Of a stretch of 46,926 bases of DNA, positions 37,921 to 46,926 are shown in pieces; within the stretch, counting starts at the first letter, position 1; each line of letters begins with the position of its first letter. The notes beneath the pieces are model-generated. The model made no database searches. It had not been told where the DNA came from and was given only the letters and a program-made list of their open reading frames with translations. The translations under genes were made by a program, and so were the position numbers. This DNA comes from Lama guanicoe (Eukaryota): NCBI GenBank assembly GCA_013239625.1, contig MU053574.1:681844-728769 (forward strand). The letters are read 5' to 3'.

Positions 37921-39415
37921 CTTGGGGGAAAGAAGAGAAGAAGCCAGGTTATCCGAGGGGCTGAGGCGGGGCTGTCCTGGGGACCCACTGAGGCATCACC
38001 CACTACAGGCCCCTCACAGGCAGCAGCACTATAAGAAGCAGCTCTGTCTACACTAGCCACGCAGAGCTGGGTTCAAATCTACGGGAGAGGCAGCGTCTAC
38101 ACTACCGTACCCTGTGAAGGGCACATGGAATCCAGATGGAAGGGGGCCCCATGCCCGAGAATCCGCACACTTTGGGCAGTCCTATCTTCAGCGGAACACC
38201 TGATTCTTGGAGCTCTTCCTCCCTCCCCACGTAACCCCTTGTCAGACTGAAGGGCAGTGTCTGAGCCCCGTGTCTGGGTCTAGACCTCTCGGTGCTGATG
38301 TCTGGCTAATGGCTGTAAAGGGGACGTGTGATCTGGCTGAGACATCAAACGTGTCCAGAGGGTCCTCAAAGGCTTCCCATGCAACCCCCATCTGGGCACT
38401 GGAGCATCCTCCCTGACCCCTATTTGGGCCCTTTTTCACCAGGGATCCCAACGCGAGTCAGCTCCCAAAGGCCCCAGTGCCCATCTCCAAGACTTACTGG
38501 AACAGCAGGGCACACAGGCAGGGCCAGTAAGGCAAGGACTCGCTCTGCACCGAATTTCAAAGACAAACCCAGAAGGATGGGGGAGAAATCAGATTTTTTC
38601 CCACTTCTTAAAGGGATTACGCATGATGCCGGTTGGCGGGGAAATGAAAAAAAAATCTACCAGCTAAGAAGTGCGGGAGACTTTCCAGCTGGGAGCCGGG
38701 AGCCGGGAGCTTCTGGACATCAAGTTGACATTAATGTGATGTTCAATGAGAGGTGGCCAAAGGACCCAAATTGGCCAGGGCTTAATTAGCCCTGCAATAA
38801 GCCTGCCCTGAAGGCATTCTGCTTTGCAGCCCCTCCCACCACCCTCCGCGGCCAGGCTAGGGAGGGGAATGGGGTCCTGAGCAGCCTTTCTGCCTGCAGC
38901 CCCTGCCCTACAGACAACTTGACACTGGCAGGAGGGAGAAACATCTGGGCCAGGGGTTTACAGGTCCAGCTGGACTCTGGTCAAAGAGCCCGGAGCACCT
39001 GTTGGGAGGCACCTGGAGAGACTCAGGACCTTTCTGGGGGCCAGGAGCTGGGGGTGGGAAAGGTTCCGGCTGGGCCTTCCAGGGACACGCTCAGGTGTGC
39101 AGGAAGAACCTTCTCGCCATGGCCCGTGTAATGTGCCAAGACCAGATGGAGGCCCCTTCTGTTCCTTCGGAACTGGGGAGTGCTGCAAATCAGGTCTTAC
39201 AGGCGGCACCACCTCACAGCCCCCCGAGGCCTGGGGCAGTGGCATTGGGCCGCTGAGGGGGCAGGGAGCAACTGGAGTCAGAGAGCCCCGAGTTCCAGTC
39301 CAGCCTGTTACCTCGAGCAACAGCTTTCCTTTTCAAACAGCTTTATTGAGATATAATTTACCTACCATAGAAGTCCAGCGGCTTCTCCCTAAGCCTTAAT
39401 ATCCTCGCCTGTGGG

Positions 39416-40122
39416 ACTAGGAAATTAGCAGCCGCATCTCTCGGAGCTGAACGAGAAATACGATACCAGCTCCCACTCCAGGGCACGTCCACTCTCCACC
39501 AGCTGCAGTCGGGGCCGTGATTAGTGGGGGTCCAGGCAGAAGCTCCAGTTGCTAAAGAGGAGTGATGATCCCTAAGGTGACTCAGGTCACTGGCTGTCAC
39601 ACTGCAGCCGCCTTCGTCCATTCATTCCTGCTGCCCAGCGCTGGGCTCAGGATGCAAAGCAGACCGTGACCTCACCAAACATCTGCTAGTCCAGCCTGGA
39701 TGGAGCGCTACCTCCTTCTCACCATCTGAGTCCTGGAGACCCTCATGATTCAAACCTTACACTAGGAAATTAGCAGCCGCATCTCTCGGAGCTGAACGAG
39801 AAATACGATACCAGCTCCCAGTCCAGGGCACGTCCACTCTCCACCAGCTGCAGTCGGGGCCGTGATTAGTGGGGGTCCAGGCTGCATGGGGGCCCAGGCA
39901 GAGGCTCCAGTTGCTAAAGAGGAGTGATGACCCCTAAGGTGACTCAGGTCACTGGCTGTCACACTGCAGCCGCCTTCGTCCATTCATTCCTGCTGCCCAG
40001 CGCTGGGCTCAGGATGCAAAGCAGACTGTGACCTCACCAAACGTCTGCTAGTCCAGCCTGGATGGAGGGCTACCTCCTTCTCACCATCTGAGTCCTGGAG
40101 ACCCTCATGATTCAAACCTTAC
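39416..40122. repeat. Head-to-tail tandem duplication: 39416-39760 (345 nt) and 39761-40122 (362 nt)
   Basis: Copies differ by 6 substitutions and one 17-nt indel by manual comparison. Confidence 0.95.
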
Positions 40123-40239
40123 CTCGTCCAGGCTCACCGCCCTGGCTCTGACTGACGCTGCCCTTAATTCTAGTTTTGCAATTTGTACCCCTTGTGCTGT
40201 CAGAAGCAGCTCCAAAAATGGAACTTGGGTTCCTCGGCA

Positions 40240-40275
40240 TGTGTATGTGTGTGTGTGTGTGTGTGTGTATGTGTG
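40240..40275. repeat. Imperfect (TG)n microsatellite
   Basis: tgtgtatgtgtgtgtgtgtgtgtgtgtgtatgtgtg. Confidence 0.9.
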
Positions 40276-42120
40276 CACGCCTGTCTGGCCTCCCAGACAG
40301 ATCACCGTTTGCAGGCAGACACAGCACCCACCACGACTATTTTTGGACCAGTCTGCCCATCACAGGCTCAGCGAAAAAAGCGCAAGTCTCAGGACGCTGG
40401 ACCGACTTATGTCCGGAGCCCGGAATTCCCAGGGTGACTTGTGTTCTTCACCCCAAAGAGGATTCATGGGTCAGGAGGCTCTCCTGAAATCGTTGAATCT
40501 CCTGGCTAGCCCCTGCCTCCTGCAAATGCCTCCCAGGGAGAAGGGAGGGAGGCAGAAAGAAGAGGTGTGATGTGCCACTCCCTGGTCCCAGGGAGAAGCT
40601 GGGTGAGGGGAACTTCCCACGGCTTTCACTGGCTGCGAGAGGGCTGGGCGCCCCACCCCCTAACAGGGGAGGCAGGAGAGGCCGGAGTGCAGGCGGACCT
40701 CTCCCCAGCTGACAGAGGGCTCTCTGCCTTTTGGAAATGCCGGCCCTCCCAGGGTCCCTGAGCATCAGAGAGAGGAAGGCCACAGCACTGCCCAAATAGT
40801 AAGGAGCCCCCACAGTGTCATCCCTCCCGCGCAGAGGCAGGTGGGGACAGGGTGGGGGTCACTGTTGGGGTACCACTCCCTGGCTGGTGGGACCAGGAGG
40901 AACTGCCCTTGGCCACATCCTCCTGGCACCCTCTGGGAAGGATGAATCCTTTCGGACTCCTGGCACCTGCAGTAGGCAGGGTCTTGTGGGACTCCCAAGG
41001 TGACCCGAGGTGACACCAGAGAGCCACCCCCACACCCCAAGCCTTGAACACACCCCTGGCCTGGCCCTCCCCCCACACTCAGTCTTGAAAGGCCCAGCAG
41101 TCTGTAATCTGAGGACCCCAGCTCAGAGGTTCCCTTCTGCCTTGCTGATCTGAGGAATCAGCCTTCTTGGCTGACCCTGCACCCCCTAATTTCTAGGGGC
41201 GGGCTGCTGAGGGGCGATGGGGACAGAGCTGGGTGTGGGTGGAGCTGGGCTGGCTCCCTGGAGGCAGGAACATCACTGGGAGACAGGCCCCAGCTCTGAG
41301 GGAACTTTTACGTGGCCTTCCAGCCACAGGGCCCCATCCTCCGAGGTCACACCCTGTCCTTTTGGCCACACCTGTCTGGGGTCCTCCTGAGCAGTGTCTT
41401 GGGGCAGCGCAGGAGGAAGAGGATTTAGGACCTTGAAGTGAGCCCTGGATCCCCTGGCTGGGGCCCCATGACAGGTGGATCCAGACGGCCTGGAGGCCAC
41501 CTGGCCTCACGCTCTGGCGGCTCTGGCTCTGCAGCTCTAGCCTTCTCTACACTAAAAGCCAAGCCCCTGCCCTCCCCGGGGCTGATGCCTCCCACATCAT
41601 ACATCACAGAGAGAGGCGGGGACTCGGGCAAGAAGCGGGAAAGGGCAGGGCAGCTGGGGCTGTACCTGGGTACCCACCTGTGGGTTGTGGGGTGCTGGGG
41701 GCCACGGGGGCCCCAGCAGTGGACGTGGAGGGGGCAGGAGTGGTGGGGTCCACCCTCGTGGCCACAGGGACTTGGGGGACGGGGTCTTTCTGGGACCTGC
41801 TGATGCCTGGTGAGAGATGAGAAAAGTAAGAGAGGGTGGGGGGTCGGTGGGGGACCGAAACACAGAGGAGCAACTTACTTACGACCCCACTGAGTGGACA
41901 GGTGTCCCCACCAGATCCAGCCGCCTCTGGCCCCCTCTCTGTCCACTGGTGTCCCAGCAGGGAGCCACCTGGGGGCGAGTGTGGGCCTAAAGAGCCCTGG
42001 AGGAGGGAGGCCGCGCCCCCGGAAGCCTTTCTGAGATGGGGGGGGGGTCTGCCGCTAGCTGGCGGTTTGACTCTGTCAAGTCCTCTCCTGCCGCATCTCA
42101 GAGCAGGTGACAATACCTAC

Positions 42121-42138
42121 CTGTCCGGGGGGCGGGAG
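42121..42138 (-). CDS. NTNG2: Candidate 18-nt NTNG2 microexon, (T)PAPRT
   Basis: tcctttcctccttccAG acceptor, CAG/GTAGGT donor, phase 1/1, no stop. Confidence 0.55.
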
Positions 42139-42776
42139 CTGGAAGGAGGAAAGGACATAATCCAAGTGTCCTGCTTAGCCGATGCCCGGTGCTGTGAGTA
42201 CTTGATGGTGACTCATGACAGTCTGTCCGTCACCCTCCCACCCTCCCTCACGTTCCCTGTTGAGTTCTCAGGACTCCCCGACTCAGATGGTCTGACTGCT
42301 CTGGGACCTGAGCTGACCTGGATGCATCAAGATGCGGACTTACCTCCCCCAGCCTCACTGCAGGGGAGCGGCTGCAGAGGTGACAGCTTCAGGCTGCCCG
42401 GAGGGAGGCCAAACCCCACGGTCAGCCCCAGGGAGGTGGGGGTGGGGATTCTGCCACTGGTTGGGGAAGGTCACCCCCCCTTGCCTGACAGGAGAGGGAG
42501 AAGCGGGGAGTTCACCTGGGGGTGCGGAAGGGGACCTTTCCAAAGCAGCACTGGCCAAGAGGCTGGAGGGGAGAAATTAGGAGACAGGCAGGAGGCAGTG
42601 AGGAGGGGGAAAGCAAATGTGGCGTGATTAGAGGAGGGGTGGGGAGGCCCCTGGGCTCAGTGGGGGCAGCAAAGCCCCTTCTTCTCTCTCCAGCTCTTTC
42701 CAGGACGTGCAAAGAGGCTCGTGCACTGAGGGTCCCAGTCACCTTCCCCAGGGCGGTGACCCAGCTGTGTACTTAC

Positions 42777-42803
42777 TGCCAACGGCGGAGCCCGCAGCGG
42801 CAC
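42777..42803 (-). CDS. NTNG2: Netrin-G2 27-nt microexon (C)AAAGSAVG, completing the last Cys of the first LE domain
   Basis: cccttctcttcctgcAG acceptor, GTAAGT donor; matches recalled orthologue linker CAAAGSAFG / CATAGSFG. Confidence 0.9.
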
Positions 42804-42939
42804 CTGCAGGAAGAGAAGGGTCACAGCAGAGTAAGGGGCCTGGCCGCCACCTCCCTGCAGAGGAGGGGGAGGCAGGGCCGGGGGCAAGAAACTAGGGGGC
42901 CTGGGCACCTCACTATGTGAGGACTGGGTTGGATTATCC

Positions 42940-43020
42940 ACTCCATCCTCACCGGCACCCTGAGAGGGGTTGCTATTAGCCCATTTTGCAGATGGAGAAA
43001 CTGAGTCTCAGAGCTGTGAC
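42940..43020 (-). mobile_element. MIR SINE fragment (further MIR pieces at about 43330-43460 and 44280-44440)
   Basis: cccattttgcagatggagaaactgagtctcaga. Confidence 0.75.
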
Positions 43021-44638
43021 TTACCCTAACCGGGGACGTACTGATAAGGGCCAAACATTCCACTGGGGGCTTTGCACACACCCTTCTTGTTTGATTTTAG
43101 ACTCTTGGGTCCTCCAGTCCAGGACAAAGAGGCTGGAAGACATTCTCTGGAGGGTAATGGGATGTCACAGAAAATGAGGGTCTCAACCACGGGGGCAGAC
43201 TAATTTACTGGGCACCAAAGAGAAACCACGGTGCCTGCTCCCTTCAGGGGAAATTCAGGGACAGCTGAACCACTGATTGGAAGATAATCTCTCAACTCAC
43301 AGGTGTTGAGAGAGTTCTGCCTGCGGGCCACTCAGGCCTCACAACAGTCCCACAGGGGTTTTATTAGGGTCCTGATTCTACAGAAGAGAAAACAGGGCTC
43401 AGGAGAAGAAATGGTTTGTCCAAGGCCACCCAGCTGTGAGTGGCCGAGGCCTGATCCCAACCGGGCTTTTCTGTCCCTGTGTGTCTGTGCCCCAGGGACG
43501 GGTTTGACCAGGGGACTTACGATACTAGGGCAGGAATGATCAGTCTCAGGCGGAAAGAGCCGGTGCCCAAGCTCCACCCCCCACCCCAGGTGTTCCTGAC
43601 CGAGGATGGAGCCGCTCTGCGCTCCGGGAAGCCCTCAGGTGGAAGCTGGGGTGTGGGCAGGGGTGCATGTGGTGGGTGGACCTCTCCTGGTGACCCTGGC
43701 GGCAGGCAGTGAGGGAGTCTTGGAAGCTGAGCCTGGGGACCCCACAGTGCATGACCTGCATGTAAGGGTCTCTGTCTGTGGGTGCCGGGGGACCTCAGAG
43801 GATCCTTCGAGGAGGATGGGGCACAGAGACAAGGCAGGGAGCAGGCGGGGAGGAGGTGGGTGAGGTCAGCTGGACGGATGAAAGGAGGCGAGACTACCAG
43901 TCAGAGGGAGGTGACAGCGACTAAAGAAAGGGTTCAAGAAATGGTTTTGGCACCAAAGAGACAGGTCAGGCACCCTGTGGGGAGGGAGCCAGGCGGGGCC
44001 GGGCTGTTGGCGCCCCGAGCACAACCTGTGCCTTTGAAGGCCCGCATGCTGTGAGCCTGGCAAGTCACCCTTCAAAAGCCTGTGGAGTCGCTGCCCGGAA
44101 CACGTAGGACGGGACGTGTCTGTCACAGCCTCATTGTGAGGCTTCCAGCTTTGATCAGCCTGAAGTTACATAAATCTTTCACCGGTCGGTGGCAGGGGTG
44201 CCGATGGAGGGGCTGCCAGGAGTGCGCCCTGAAGGTGCGGGCGGCGCCGTCCTGCTGCAGAAGCCTGCCGCCCTGCCTGGCTTTGGAATCAGGTCCAGTT
44301 GCTGGCACCTAACTTGCTGCTAAATCGAGGGGCACTGACGGTCACTGGGCCTCAGTTTGCTCATCCAGAGAGTGGGGGAATTCTAAAAATACCCCTCCAG
44401 AGGTTACGGTGAGGGCTGAGAAGCTGTGTACACAGTGCTGCGTGCAGCGTCCTTGTCAAAGCACGAATGTCAGACATCAGTGAAATCACTAGGGTGGGGG
44501 GACTGGGGAGACCCCACCCAGTACCAGCCCGGGCCCTTATCCGTGGCAGTGCAGCAGCGCCCGGAAATTCTTGGTTTCATGGAGACACCCGTGGACTATG
44601 CTGGGGGCTGATAATGGGTAGCCCCCCAAGGGTGTTCA

Positions 44639-45583
<945 letters not shown>

Positions 45584-45934
45584 TCAAGGGAACACCCCCG
45601 TCCCCGGGCCTTCCCCTGGCTCACTGCTGTGGGTCTTCTCCAAGATGAGGTGCCCTTGTCCCAGGTGCTGCATTTCTTAATAACGCAGCTTCTGATCACC
45701 TTTGCTCTCAACCGTGGCGGGTTGACAGGGAGTGAGGGGGACCTGCCCCTGGTTGTGTAGACGTGGACCTGGCCCCAGGCTGCACCTCCGCTCTCGGCTG
45801 CAGCCTGCAGCCTGCACCCATGCCCTTGAGGGCAGAGAGAAGCCCCGACTCCCAAGCCCCTGTCAATTCATCCACACATGCATTATTCATTCCTTCATTC
45901 AAATATTTATAGGCAACTCATTATTCTGAACCCA

Positions 45935-46828
45935 GTAAATAAAAGGAAAGAATCAAGTATTTGCCTTGCCTGTCCTATATAACTGTTCCTCCAGGTAACC
46001 AACAGTTGATGAGAGGATGTTTCTTTTTATAGAAGCATTCTAGCTGATAATTGGAGAAGGAAAGATAGAATTAGTCCCCACTTAGCGTCCTCTACTGAAT
46101 AGACGGCTTTAGGCACAGAGCATCCACAGAGAAGCAACCTGAGAACAGCTTCCTGATGGGCGGATACACTCTACCCTGAAGCAGCCTTGTCAAGACACAC
46201 TGAACTTGAATCTGATCAACACTCTGGACCCAGCTACGAATTCACAGGAAATACAGAGGACAGAGAAATGTACTAAACAACACCGGGGGGACGCAGTCAG
46301 CAAAATCCAGACTGTGGGAAACTCCAGAAGTGATGACATAGTTTCTAGAAAGGATGAATTGCAAAGGGGCAAAACTTGATGTGGTGGGTGGATGACCAAG
46401 ATCAAGAGAAATCTCAAAGGCATCGCGACCAAGGGCAGGGCGTGGACCTCACTGGGAGCCTGGTTCAAACAGCCTCTAAACTCAGATGAGCAAAACACAT
46501 ATTCACAAGACGACTGGAAATTTGAACACTGACTATATTTGGTGATATTAAAAAATGAATGTTTGTTAAGTTCAGTGATGGTATTGTGGTTCCTTTTTAA
46601 AAAGTCCTTATCTTTAGGGACACACACACATCCTTACAGATGAAATGATCTGGTGTCTGGGATCTGCTGCAGAATAACACAGAAAGGGGGAACATGGGCA
46701 GAGATTCAGGCGAAACAAGAAGGGCTATGAGGTAACGGCTGAAGCTGCCTGTTAGGTATACGGCAGTTCATGAGAGTACGTCCTAGTTTTGTGTGGATGT
46801 TGGAAATAATTCACAATGAAAAGTTAAA
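45935..46828 (+). mobile_element. L1MC4/5-like 3'-end fragment
   Basis: gaacttgaatctgatcaa...caggaaatacagaggacagag...cagtcagcaaaatccagactgtgggaaactcc...ttcacaatgaaaagttaaa. Confidence 0.75.
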
Positions 46829-46926
46829 GAGAGAGAGTGTGCTCTATATTTTGATAAGGGAAGATTTCCAAGATATGGTGTCAATATTTGTAAAAAGCAA
46901 GTTGCAGAATAACGTGTTTGGTAGAA

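Noticed and set aside
39358..39983. Two similar ORFs starting MDEGGCSVTASDLSHL
   Set aside because: By-product of the tandem duplication; their frames diverge at the 17-nt indel
42344..42484. 141-nt minus-strand segment with a strong acceptor and GAG/GTAAGT donor
   Set aside because: Has TGA at the fourth codon in the NTNG2 frame; probably a pseudo-exon, although a poison exon cannot be excluded
41836..42627. 263-aa plus-strand ORF in an NTNG2 intron
   Set aside because: Low-complexity GC-rich translation with no recognisable family

Overview
Mammalian genomic DNA, very probably from a camelid (a tRNA-derived Vic-1-like SINE sits at about 4750). The window holds the convergent 3' ends of two genes. 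On the + strand are the last nine coding exons of senataxin (SETX; SF1 Upf1-like helicase motifs, stop at 16870) and its 3' UTR. On the - strand is the 3' half of netrin-G2 (NTNG2): laminin-EGF exons, a cluster of phase-1 cassette exons, and the EGF/GPI-signal terminal exon with its stop at 32256. Introns and the intergenic region carry old L1, L2, MIR, MaLR and hAT-Charlie relics, and there is a 60-N assembly gap. The main points for a second look are: a candidate 18-nt in-frame NTNG2 microexon; two lesions in one NTNG2 laminin-EGF exon (loss of QHC and a 1-nt frame defect); a recent ~350-bp head-to-tail duplication whose ends look like splice sites; a TSD-flanked tRNA-Glu 5'-half insertion; and a decayed counterpart of a human SETX alternative exon. 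Comparisons with human and mouse proteins are from memory, not from a search. I see no evidence of a wholly new gene system.
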